A stretch of DNA of 64,000 bases from Takakia lepidozioides. Its lineage: Eukaryota > Plantae > Bryophyta. Position 1 is the first letter of the stretch. Each line of letters starts with the position of its first letter. The DNA is taken from contig CM060732.1 of assembly GCA_030704615.1 (NCBI GenBank), positions 61,628,001 to 61,692,000 on the forward strand, read 5' to 3'. A program made the position numbers and the translations under genes. This document shows positions 26,038-37,500 of this stretch, piece after piece. Under the pieces are notes generated by a model. It was given only the letters and a program-made list of their open reading frames with translations, had not been told where the DNA came from and did no database searches.

Positions 26038-26544
26038 GTGATTAATTTTAAAGTTGCACTCTTAGGGTTTAATAATTCTCCTAAAAAACCCACCGATATA
26101 TATTTTCATCTGCCCCTGCCTCTCTCTCTCTCTCTCTACACCATACATACAAACAACCATGTCAACGTCGGAAATAGCCGACAGAGGAGAGGCGAGGACA
26201 TGACGTGGATGGGTGGAAACAACATGAGCTTCACGAAAAAGCTCCTAAAAACTAACGCAAACAACAACTTTGGCTCGACGTCCAGTAACAACAAATGTCA
26301 AAAAACAAACAACGACGGGATGTACAATACAATAGAAGTCCTTAACGAAAATGGCCAAAAAATGGATGGAGAATCCGTACGTTCAGGGGATCTCGTTGCA
26401 GTCAAGTGTAACATCCGATATTGGATGAATTTCCATCACAAGAAACACGGGCTTTCATTCCAATTAAAAGGGGTCAAACTGTTGGCCAAAGCACAAGGAG
26501 ACAGAGTGACAACTGGAGCAAAAGCATATACTGGTAGAGCTTAA
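26038..26544 (+). CDS. Putative OB-fold ssDNA-binding protein fragment (T7 gp2.5/Enc34/DUF2815-like)
   Basis: C-half IEVLNENGQKMDGESVRSGDLVAVKCNIRYWMNFHHKKHGLSFQLKGVKLL follows the gp2.5-like pattern; base composition resembles the RepHel ORF; lies 100 bp before the element 3' end. The true start is uncertain. Confidence 0.5.
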   Translation: MINFKVALLGFNNSPKKPTDIYFHLPLPLSLSLYTIHTNNHVNVGNSRQRRGEDMTWMGGNNMSFTKKLLKTNANNNFGSTSSNNKCQKTNNDGMYNTIEVLNENGQKMDGESVRSGDLVAVKCNIRYWMNFHHKKHGLSFQLKGVKLLAKAQGDRVTTGAKAYTGRA

Positions 26545-26643
26545 ATTAGACACATCTAAACGTTCCATGTAAGGGGGCCACCATATTTTCTCTCTCTCAT
26601 GATCCTCGAGTATGGCCCATCCGTCCGGACGTCCTTCTCAGAA

Positions 26644-26682
26644 GTCGTCGCTAGTAGTGCGGAGCAACGCGAAGCCCTAGTT
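26644..26682 (+). repeat. Free 3' terminus of the plus-strand tandem array
   Basis: gtcgtcgctagtagtgcggagcaacgcgaagccctag|tt, not followed by a new 5' end. Confidence 0.85.
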
Positions 26683-26708
26683 GTTTTTTCCATTTCTTCT
26701 TCCAAGAG

Positions 26709-26900
26709 ACAACCAACATGTAGCTCAGTGGTAATGGGCACGTACCACCACGTTGGATGTGGCTGTGGGTTCAAACCACGGTTTGGTGTGTCATGAAGGT
26801 GTCCACCTTCCAGCTGGAAGGCAGTAGCCCTTGTGGTGAAGTGACACCATAAGTTACGCTCCCTTCGGAAGGCGCGTCATACTTTTTTTTTTTTTTTTTC
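26709..26900 (+). mobile_element. tRNA-derived SINE with poly(T) tail and 10-bp TSD
   Basis: A-box TAGCTCAGTGGTA, B-box GGTTCAAACC, T-run at 26883-26899; direct repeat CTTCCAAGAG at 26699-26708 and 26901-26910. Confidence 0.8.
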
Positions 26901-26999
26901 CTTCCAAGAGGTGAGCCTGGACGAGGGAAGGATCTAGACATCACTGGGCAGTACGGAACGTTTCATCCCTCTGGAAACGGAGCAAGGAGCGAGGAAGAG

Positions 27000-29900
27000 A
27001 TGGGGGGGAGAGGCAGGGCCGGCAAGCGCGGGCGCACGCAACGCCGCGACTTTCGGGATGGACGACCGAATGTGTGGAAGAAACCTCGCCCCGATCCTTC
27101 AGTGGCAGCTCCTGCCTCCGAAGCGGGGTGGATGCCCTTCGTGATGGAGAGCCCATCCTTTGAACTTTTCTACAAGGTTTCTTTTCTCGCACTTTATCGA
27201 GAGGATTTTCAGTCGTGACGGTTGTAGGGTTGTTTGTTTGTTTCGTACATGAGATTCAGGCTCTTTTTTTATGACCATAGAGAAGCTTTAATTCTTCCAA
27301 GCCGAGCTTAGTTAGGCTCAAATGATTGTCGCAATCCATGCATAGTGAGTTCTCTCTTGCCTTTGTCTTGACAATTTAAGGGAGGTTTGGTGCATGGCAA
27401 CTGGATTGATGGATTCAAACTATGGCAGTTAGTAGTAGCATAGCCAAAGGTTAGCTTGTTACAGATCTAGTGGTAATCAGGATTTAGGGTTAGAGGTTTG
27501 ACCGTTTTTGTAATTCATCAAGCGGCTGAAGAGTGAGGTTGAGACATTACATTGGGGCTTACACAACACATTCCTTTTCATGTTTTTTCTGGAGCCATCG
27601 GAAGGTGGTATGCCACTCCTTGATCAATTGGAGTATAATACATATGTCCTCCATCATTTGAAGGACCACGAACTATCTGAAGCGTAGGCCAGGCACTTCA
27701 ATTGTCAAAAATGTGACAGGTGAATAAATGCGGTTTGACTTGATAGCCAGCTTGGTTGTACAGTTCAGGGAGTTGCTGGTGAGTTCAACTGCATTCTCTG
27801 CCATCTATGGCAGTTTGACAACTCAAGTAGATCATATTGTAAATGCAGGTGGGTACCCCCTCGGAAATGTTGATACATGTGAGCAGTGTTGATTCCTTCC
27901 TGCAAGTGTCCCCGAAAATTTCAACTGAGTTAGGTTTGGATGGTAAGGTGTTCTAATAGTGTGAATGTACGGTCGGAAACAGAAGCAGGGGATAGTACCT
28001 CTGGAGGAGTGGGATGAGTTCATCTCAACATTGCGGAAGCCTTTGCCCACAACTTTCCGGATTAATGGCAGGTAATGAGCAAGCATTTACATTCAAACAA
28101 GTCTTACGAGTTGGGTTGTGCCATATAACACCATCCAAGATATGGAATTAAGCTAAAAATGGATTCACCTTCTACTATGTGGCCCGCTTTACATCGAAGG
28201 TATCATATTGTTCACCTATTTGTGGCTTGATGGCAATCTTCCTCTAGATAACTATTCATGAGTTCCTAACTTGCTTGAGCCCATGTGGTTATGTGACGAG
28301 TGTGTGTGGTTGATGTTGTGTAGTGGACAATTTGCACATGAGATAAGGGATCAAATGCAGTGGGAATTGTTGGATTACTTGAAAAATGGTGCAGAGGTAT
28401 GATGTTTGAACAGCCAATCGCTGGAACATGTTAGAACTTCGATGATGTATAGGAATGAGATTGGGAGCATCACACGGCAAGAAGCTGTTAGCATGGTGAG
28501 AGGCCCTTTCTGCCTTCCTCCCTATTCCGTTTAAGATCCAGCTGAAGTTGAGGCTTACCTTGTTTATCTTGCTGTTTTGTGTTTCTTCCCCACTTGTGAA
28601 TCTTACTTTAATGTCCTGTCATGACCTATTACCGACCAATTAATAAATGAAGATACATAGCCCATGACACACACTCTGAACTCATGCAGGTGTACTTATC
28701 TCAGTTTCAACATGTTTGAAAGTCCACTGTCACACATGGCTATTACAGGGTCATCTATTACTAGTCACTGACCCCACCCCTCTTATTCATGCCTCTACAA
28801 CTTTCCCATTTCTTTGTGAAATCTTAAAATTCCACCAGGACCTGGTAGCTCTGGTCGAATGCCATGGTGATGGGCACTCCAGGAAAGAGTATCAAATATG
28901 GCTGACCCATGTGCATAGTTTTGTGTATGTGCAGCTGCCACCACTTTTCCTGGATGTGCAACCTCATCACCGTGTTCTTGATAGTAAGCTTGTCACTTCT
29001 GCATTTGGGATCTCGAGGTGAAATTGTGGCTTAAGAAATTATTCATCTTCAGTGTATTTCAGAGATTTAAGCCATTCTGCAATGAAGTTGATCTACAGGC
29101 CTATACATAATAATCATCATTGTTCATAGAAAGAAATAAAAAACAGAGGCTTCTTTAATCATTTTCCTTTTCGTTAGCATGACTTACCAGAGTATTAATC
29201 ACCAGTTTCAGTGTCTGACAGATGTGCTTAATTTGTATATTCATCTCGTTGTTTGTGTTCCATTCAGTGATCATATTCAGTCTCAATAAAATATGTGATT
29301 CTTACCTTGCCTATGCATCTGTACTTAAGAGGCATAGTCAAACTGTGTTTTGTTGGCTCAGTGAGGAAGCGCTAACCGGATGATTTAGTTTAAAGATTTA
29401 ACCAATACGAGGGTATATGAGGTGTTTCTGGCCTGCATGTCATTACAACAGGTTTCATCTTATCGATAAATTGCTTCTCTCTTCCATTTCTCGTTGGAGG
29501 CAAGTTATTGTTGCCTTTTGAAGTAATGTGGTGTTTGGGGTTGCTACAGTGTGTGCAGCACCTGGCTCCAAGACTTTCCAGCTTTTGGAGATGATTCATC
29601 GAGCAGACACACCCGGGGATCTTTCTGATGGCATGGTTTGTTCTCACACCCTCGCTCTCATGGGCCCTTGTGACCCTGTGGAGGTTATTAAGCTTCCCTT
29701 TTCTCCCAATTGCTTGAGCTTTTTGTAATTTTTTGGATTCAGTGGTTGTACTGTCTATTTTCTCTATGATATGTCTGCTGGTATACACGTGTCTTTGGCT
29801 CCCCTTCTATGTCCTATTTCTGTTTCTTTCTTTCTCTCCTTAGAGCTGGGCAAAGACTCGTTGTCTTCTTAGAGATTCCCAGCCCTGCCAGAGGCTTTCA

Positions 29901-32900
29901 GCTAAAGGCCGACTTACCTGCATGAGGCACTCCATCTTCAAGCAATGCTCGAGTACTCATGTCCCTTGGGCCCTCCTGCAGACGTAAGGAATTTTCTCAC
30001 TATTCTCTGTATTTCATGTCTTGTGCCCCATTGATGTGGGGAATGTAACAGTCATTTGTTGTTCCACGTTATATACACAGCATATGTGGGAGAAGTTCTC
30101 AACGTTGGTGATATAGCCATTTCTTCCTGCCTCTACAGCTATCTCTTGTGTGCAGGTAATAGCAAATGACTTGGATGTGCAACGCTGCCATTTGTTGATA
30201 CACCAGACAAAGCGCATGTGTAGCCCCAACATATTGGTCACAAACCATGAGGCCCAACACTTTCCAGGACTAAAAGACGGCGGCAGTTATGGAGATGCCA
30301 CTGTAAACATTGAGGGATTGCTCTTTGATCGCATCTTGTGCGATGTTCCTTGCAGTGGTGATGGTACCATCCGCAAAGCTCCTGACATCTGGAGGACATG
30401 GTGTGCTCTTTTTCTTATTAATTAACACACCTTCGCCAGGAATGTATTCTCATCATGTCATGCCATTTTGGTAGTTTATGGAAAGAGAAATGACAGTCTG
30501 GGAAGAAGGGGTGATGTGTAACTGTCTAAGGTTTTACTATAACATAGGAGGCTGGAGGTGTGTTGGTGCAATCAAATCATTATCCTGATACTGTATGCCT
30601 ACTTGGCACAATGGATGCCTCATAGTTTTCTGGGTCAACATGTATGTGATGCATGTACTTGATGGAGGATGGATACATGTGCAAGTCATTGGATTGATGT
30701 GTTTTAAGACTATTCTGCAGTCAACTTAATCCATATCACACATGATGTGACCTGCAGGAATTGTGGTGTAGCAAATGGCTTGCATCGTCTCCAAGTTCAA
30801 ATTGCAATTCGAGGTAGTGTCAGGCCAGTTATTCATTGTCAGAATCTTCATCCATGTCAGAAACTTCAGCCGTCACCCTGGTTGATGCTGGTTCCCAGCT
30901 CCCTCCAAGTCATAACTTAAGTTGTGACCTTGCATCCTAAGCTGTGGCTGGGTTGGTATCTTAAGATGTTGCAATTTGTTAAAAGTTGGTCCTCATTTCG
31001 CATATTCCATACATCTGTTCCCTTTATGTGGGGAATGAGTACCACAAACTTCTTCCATTGACTGTTTACCTTGTCTGCAGTTGAATATACTTTAATCACC
31101 CTTGCATAGGTAAGAGCGAACGGCTTGAACTTGGGCGAGAGAGGGTGGGGAAAGCGAACAGCCATATACTGCTTGACCAAATGCAATTATAATGTTTTGC
31201 TTCCAAGACAATTACTTGGAATAATATTGTTGGGCTGTCGGGTTATGAAGGGGTCGCTTTGCTGAAAGTTGGGGGACGGCTGGTGTACTCAACTTGCTCT
31301 TTAAATCCAGTGGAGGACGAGGCTGTTGTTGGGGAGGTATACCATAATCAAGTCTCTTCTCTAGTTGAATTTTGGTAAGTTATCCTATATTTTCAATCTG
31401 GAAGGTTTATAATTAATGCAAATTTGCGACGGCTGAATGATGTAACTAATTTGGAATGGTTGCCCCAGATTTGAGGGAAAGTGGTGGATGTCTGGAGCTG
31501 CTTGATGTTTCATCTGAGCTACCTGAGCTCAAGCGTAGGCCTGGTGTGACCTCCTGGAAGGTATATTATACTGTTTTATTTTCAGTTTTGTGCGAGGGTA
31601 TCTCTTTTTCTCTCATCCTTGCCGCATGACGCAAGGCTTTGTACAACCCCTTCTTTTCAGCTTTTGATGAACAAGCAGACTAAACAAGCAGTATAATAAG
31701 GGATCTCCCACTTTGGGTGAGTAATCAAACGAGGGAAAACAGAACTCATTTCCCAAAGTTGTCAAGATGATGGTGAGGATGTTGTGTCGATTCTTATTAT
31801 GGTGGTTATATGTTTTGGAAGGTGCTGTCTTGTGAGCATTGAAAGCATTGTTTTCACACTTTTTTGGCCCAAACTCAAGACAAGGCCTATACCTGTGTTC
31901 CTCGGTATCAGATTAAATCTCTGCCTGAAGTTAATACCATGATAAAGTCCACTCTGATAGACTTGTAGACATGGGGATTGACAACAAGTTTATTTTGTGT
32001 GTTTTGGTAACCCAGGTTCGAGATAGGAAGCGATGGTTGGGCTCTGCCTCTCAAATAGATAGGCACAGGGCAGGGGCAGTGGTACCTGGTATGTTTCCAT
32101 CTGGAAATGGTTGGGACCTCATAGATGGAAATGACCCAAGCTCGAAGGATGCCGCATCTACTGCACCACAGGTAACAACCGTTTCTATTCTCGACGCTTG
32201 GGTAGCAGCACAGATATGAGGTGTGAGATATCTATGGTAGGAGGAGATTCCATTTTCCTAAAGATTGGACAGACTGATATTGAAGTTAAAAATTGCATCG
32301 ACTAGATCCCACTTTAGAGCATATCTCTGAAGTCAATGACACTTGACAGGACCTGTCATCCTAGTTTTTTTGGTGCTTTTTCAGTTGCACTGATTGATGA
32401 TGAGATTTTGAGTAGATATGGAGGATGGTGTTGATGAGAAGAAGGAAATTGTGGAGGAGATAGACACTGAAGGCGGCCCAGCAGAGGTGGCAAGTCTGCC
32501 GCTTGAGCGGTGCATGCGGATACTGCCCCATGACCAGGATACCGGGGGATTTTTCATTGCTGTTTTCCGGAAGATGTCTCCTTTCAAAGGTTATTGATCT
32601 GTAATCCACTGTTGGTCCCTCTGTGCTCATTGCATCAAGCCAACCCTGCCCTCATCTTGGTTCTCTCTTTTGTAATCAACTGTCTGCTTACGGCCCTACT
32701 TTCTTTTGCAGTTATGCACAAAAGGAAGGGGGGTAATCAAAAGCTGACATGTGCTCCAGCAGGTGAGTTTGGCAGTGTTGCAAATGATTTTGTGTGTGTA
32801 TCTATTTTGAACTGACTAGATGTACATGGTTTCAGATTCCGGATTTGGAAGTTGATGTATTGTTGATCTTTATGCAGATGAAGAGCTAGCGATTCCAGAA

Positions 32901-34562
32901 ATATCGGAATCAGAAGTTGACTCTACATCACTCAACATTAATGAGCCCAATCCATCAAAGTTTCAGGACTCCAAGATTGATGGTTTCTTTCCTGAATATG
33001 GACAGTCAGGTGGCAGTCCTGACAGTTTAGCAACCACTATTGGGCAGGGGAATTCATGTGCAAGTCCAAGTGAAAACAACAGGAAAATAGATGATAGTTT
33101 AGCTGGCAATGTTTTGCAAGGGGAAGCCCTCACATCAGAGAACAAAGTTTCTGGACAGGAAGTGGATGGTTGCAAGGAGATCAAAGAAGCAAACAATATA
33201 GAAAGGTCAGGGGAATTGGAGGGAGGGTGAGGCCAAGCCCACCAACCAGAGGGTGGCAGGTGGCAGGTTCCAGCGCCAGGGTAGGTGGAAGGGGGTGGAC
33301 CCGGTGCTTTTTTTGAAAGATGAGCAGGTTATAGGGAGTTTGATAGCTTACTATGGCATTCAAGACTCGTTCCCACTTCGTGGCCGTCTTGTGACACGCA
33401 GTGAGGACGCATCTCGCCTGAAACGAATTTATTATTTCTCGGTCTGTGAGTGATGCCATTGAACTAAATTTTCGTGCTGGTGAACAGTTGAAGATAACAT
33501 CGGCTGGCCTGAAGATCTTTGTAAGCACTTTCAAAGTCTACTCCTGTTATTTCTTAACAATTGGTCTTTTTCTGTTGTCATGGTGTAGAGATATACATTT
33601 CACCTCTAAGGAGGCGCTGCTCCTGGATGTTCGTTCTTGCTCGCTCTCCTAGAAGTGAGAATTGCAATTGTTCCAATAGCATGCTCTGAAGCCCTCCACA
33701 CAAAGGCAGAGTCCACTGGCCTCTTGCCGAGACCCATGTCCAAATCATTCCTTTATTTTATTGACATCTTTATTGTGCAATATTGTGGGGTGGGGAGACA
33801 CCAGGAGCGGCAACAACCAAAAGATGGGACCTCTCCATGTGCCTTTCGGATTGCTTCTGAAGGCCTGTCAGTGTTGCTGCCTCACATCACAAAGCAGATT
33901 GTGTTTGCATCGAAGACAGATTTCAAGCTTTTGCTCTCCACAAATGCGGTTCCATTTTCCGCATTCAATGAATCTGCCTTCTCAGCTGCCCTGCAAAGCC
34001 TATTGCATGGTTGCTGTGTTGTTGCTCTTCCCAGCAGTAAGTGACCAGAAACCAATTCTTGTATTTATCTGTGGTTGTTTCATGTATCTTTTAGGGAGCC
34101 CATCCATGAAGTAATTGTCAGATTGGCAGCAGTTTCTAGCTTCACAAACCTAAAGAAACAAAGATAATTCCATTAGAAGAGAGGAATTGGCCAGAAGTTT
34201 TCCTAGTGGCCACTGATAACAGTTTGGTGTCTCTTAGGCTGAGCAATTCAATGCATATCATTGTTGCTTATAATATCACGTCCAAAACTCGCAGAAAGAA
34301 TTGCATGGCTTTGGTGGCATCATGTTCTCTAACCTCCCTGTCACTTGCAGAAGAGTCCAGTGAGGGGACTGATAATGCTACAGAAGATCGACCGCCCCCT
34401 GAAATTGCGGTTGGGTGCTGGCGGGGAAGGACGAATGTGAGTCTTCTGATCACAAAGGCCGAGGCATTACAAATGCTGCAGCGTCTCTCTCTCAATGCAG
34501 TGAATATTCCACCAACCGCTGCAGAAGGAGAGGAGGAAGTTGGACAGCCAGCAGAGCTCTGA
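27000..34562 (+). pseudogene. TRM4: tRNA (cytosine-5)-methyltransferase TRM4/NSUN2 family, multi-exon, with apparent lesions
   Basis: GT-AG exons 27000-27176, 27983-28071, 28324-28396, about 28453-28495 (NEIGSITRQEAVSM), 28935-28983 (PPLFLD), 29550-29635 (CAAPGSKT), 30156-30400 (DRILCDVPCSGDGT), 30758-30814, 31251-31336 ([12 protein letters not shown]), 31469-31560, 32016-32171, and later exons with RILPHDQDTGGFF, WKGVDP, FRIASEG, GCWRG. Gene identity is secure; pseudogene status is not, as lesions could be assembly error. Confidence 0.85.
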
Positions 34563-37500
34563 ATATCAGATTTGGAGCCAGCAGAGGTGGGAGTGCCACT
34601 GGCAGTTGGGGCCTCTGAGGAGAGAGCGAATGAGGAGAAGGAAGAGGTGGCGGAGGCTCTCTGCGAGGGCGCACAATCAAATTCCTTCTGTAGTATGGAT
34701 ACACTGCCTGGCCTACCCAATGAGACAGTGAAATTGCATCTATCTGACAGGGTCCATCAGAGATTTCACCGAATGCTGAAAGTGCTGAAGCTGACACACA
34801 GAACATTGATCCCCCACCTTCCCAAATGTAGTGGTTTAATTCGCGAGAAACTTGGCTCTTTTCACGAGTTATTAGGATTAGGATGTGACGGTGCCAACGA
34901 GGGTTACAGATTTCATCACGGGCAGTAGTTGGGGGTTCTGTTTCTAACTACAGGTTAATGTGTGGCCATTCTTTCATGTAAACATAATAGGAAGGTTACT
35001 GCAAACTACATTTTACAAATAGATATGGGTGATCAGAGTTTCATCCGTTTCTACAGAGACTGTTGTGAAGTAATCTCAAAGCTCCATGGTACCTGTAATT
35101 AAGATAGTCGGTGAAGGTAGACAGGGAGGCATCACTGCCTCCCGGCACGGCTACAGCCTGTAGCCGGTCAAGCCTCCCCAGCTACTGGACATAATCGAGG
35201 TTCTTGGAACTTTGAGCCAGTAATGCACGGTTTTTGTTTGCATTTTGTGAATGTTGCATTGAATGATTTTGTGTAGCTTTTGGTAGGTTTTGATTGTGCT
35301 GATGAAATTTTCTTCCAAGCTAGCTCGTCAACAACATTATGCTGTCATGATGCAGGGTCCAATGTCTGATCCCTACGCAATCTGACCGCGTAGATCTAAT
35401 TCCTGCATGTCAACCTTATTTTTATCTCAATTTGATGGTTGTGAGAACAATGTGTAGAAAGAAACCCAGGGTTTCAATTTTGTAGAGGTAGAGTGTCTCC
35501 ATCTGTCTCAGATCTTGGCACGGCCCTTATTGAAGCACCTGTCCATATGTCCATTGGATCAGAGATATGAATTCAAACGGAGGGGAGTGCTTTGTGGCAC
35601 TGAAAAATATGTCAGAGAAAAATTTGTCTGTGTCCAGATTTAGGTTAATAGTTATCCCTTTCAGTCTCTAATTCTAATCTGTCACTGCATTCACTCTATT
35701 GATTAATATATCTACGGTCCTATTTGTTTTTGGGGTCGTCCACTAACTAGTAACTACTTACGTCATGTAGTAAGGTGCAGGACCTCCTTATTTAGCCTCC
35801 CGGCAAGCGGTGGTGGAGCCTTTCAGAAGGCTTGACACAAGTCCTACCCTACAGAAACCTACTCCACTATTTGACACTTGTACACTAACTACCCCAAAGA
35901 AACCTCTAGTCCAGTTCCATTGGGACCCCCCATTGGCTCTTCCAATGCTCTGGCTGTTTTGACCTTACATAAATTAAGGTAACCTCACCCAATTCCAACA
36001 CCGCACCTAAAACCGTCGCCTATAAAAGCCCCCCATTTCCACCATCAAAGCAGTGCAGATGGATGACGGGAATGGGTGAGTCTGCAGACATGAATAGGTC
36101 TACTAGCGTGAACAGGCAAGCCTACTAACATGAATAAACGAGTCTACTTCTAACTAGGTAAAAAATACCATTGACTGTCCGGTCTTTGAAGCACTCAGAG
36201 CAGCCACTCTCTGGCATATCTTTGGAAGGCCATGTGCTCTTGGGAGGGATTAACTATACTACTACTGCTACTCTCACTAAGATTTTTTACGATCTTACCA
36301 TCGCAGCTAAAATGGCTTGGGAGAAAGTGTGTGCAGGAATCGCCAAAGCCCCTGAACGCCAGCATGCCCTCATCAACACCTTCCAGGCCACATGGGGAAG
36401 AAATGGCATCATCTGCAATTGTGGGGGCCCAGACTCCTGTGTTTGACCAAAAGAAATCCCCGCTCAATGGCAACACCACAGATCCCTCCTCTTCCGCTTC
36501 CCCTGAGTTCGACAAGTCGGATGTGAATTGGAAGCATGTCAGGACGTCGACGAAGACCAAGCTATTCTACATATAGACTAGTCATTCTTGGCTCTGATCT
36601 CCTCGCTTCTTCATCACCGCCCATGTTGGGCCTACCGAACATGGGCCTGGCTTCGTCCACAGGGTCTTCAGACTCTTGGCATTTGGGTATTCCCCACGTA
36701 TTTTCTGGGTCACTAGTTCTAGAGGTTATCTTCTGGTCCTTCACTGCCGGTCGTGCAGTTCAAAAATTGTTCCTCGGGCTATCCGTCACGGTCTCTGTGT
36801 TAAGCCTTATGGCAGCCTTCGGGCATCAAGGGTTTTAATTTTTTTCCCTTCAATAATTTTAATAAAGTTCCCACCAGGGACACTGTCCCCTGTTTTCATC
36901 AACAACAACAACAACAACAATAATAATAATGCCTTGTAAGGGAGAAAAACAATTTTTAGGCGTATTTCTTATTCGTGTGGTTTTGGGTAAGGTTAAACGA
37001 TGTCATTTCCCTCTCTCCAGCTGTCCCTCCATTGGAGCCCACCTGTCCATTTCAAACCCACATTTTTCCTCTCTTCTACGTGTTATTCCCCTGCTTTCCC
37101 ACCCCCCCCCACTTGGCCATGCCGCCTTCCTATCGGCGGATTTTTCTTAGAATGAAACTTGGGCTACATATTCACAGTTTTATCCAACATATGTTTTTTT
37201 GTTAGGATCTAGCTTTGCTGAGATGGTGTGCATTTTTGGCCTCATATAGAAATAAGTAAGCATGTTCATATACGTGGAGGTTATGGGTTGTGAGGCGAGA
37301 TGGCTAATATGCTGGATGTGCAATTCCATTTGACAAAGAACATATTGCAAGGGGATCAATCATCAAATAGTGAGCGAATGAAACCGAGATATTATATTTG
37401 TGGCATTTATCCAAGTAGGTCAAGTTGATATTGTATTTGGATACAAGCTGCCATGATATATAAATGGCATGTGTATAGGTGGGCAAAGATAGACATTTTT

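Larger units (their letters stand above)
17716..26681 (+). mobile_element. Non-autonomous Helentron-like unit 3 carrying PPR/E/DYW fragments and an SSB-like ORF
   Basis: 5' subTIR CTAGCGACGAC (17717-17727) is the exact reverse complement of the 3' subTIR GTCGTCGCTAG (26644-26654); the unit ends CTAG|TT followed by unrelated T-rich flank. Confidence 0.8.

Noticed and set aside
26719-26790. tRNA gene (also 17243-17300)
   Set aside because: Only A/B boxes, with no convincing cloverleaf; followed by an unrelated body and simple tail, with a TSD in one case, so SINEs.
36898-36930. (AAC)n/(AAT)n, (CT)n at 26119 and the G-run at 10786
   Set aside because: Ordinary microsatellites and homopolymers with no further structure.
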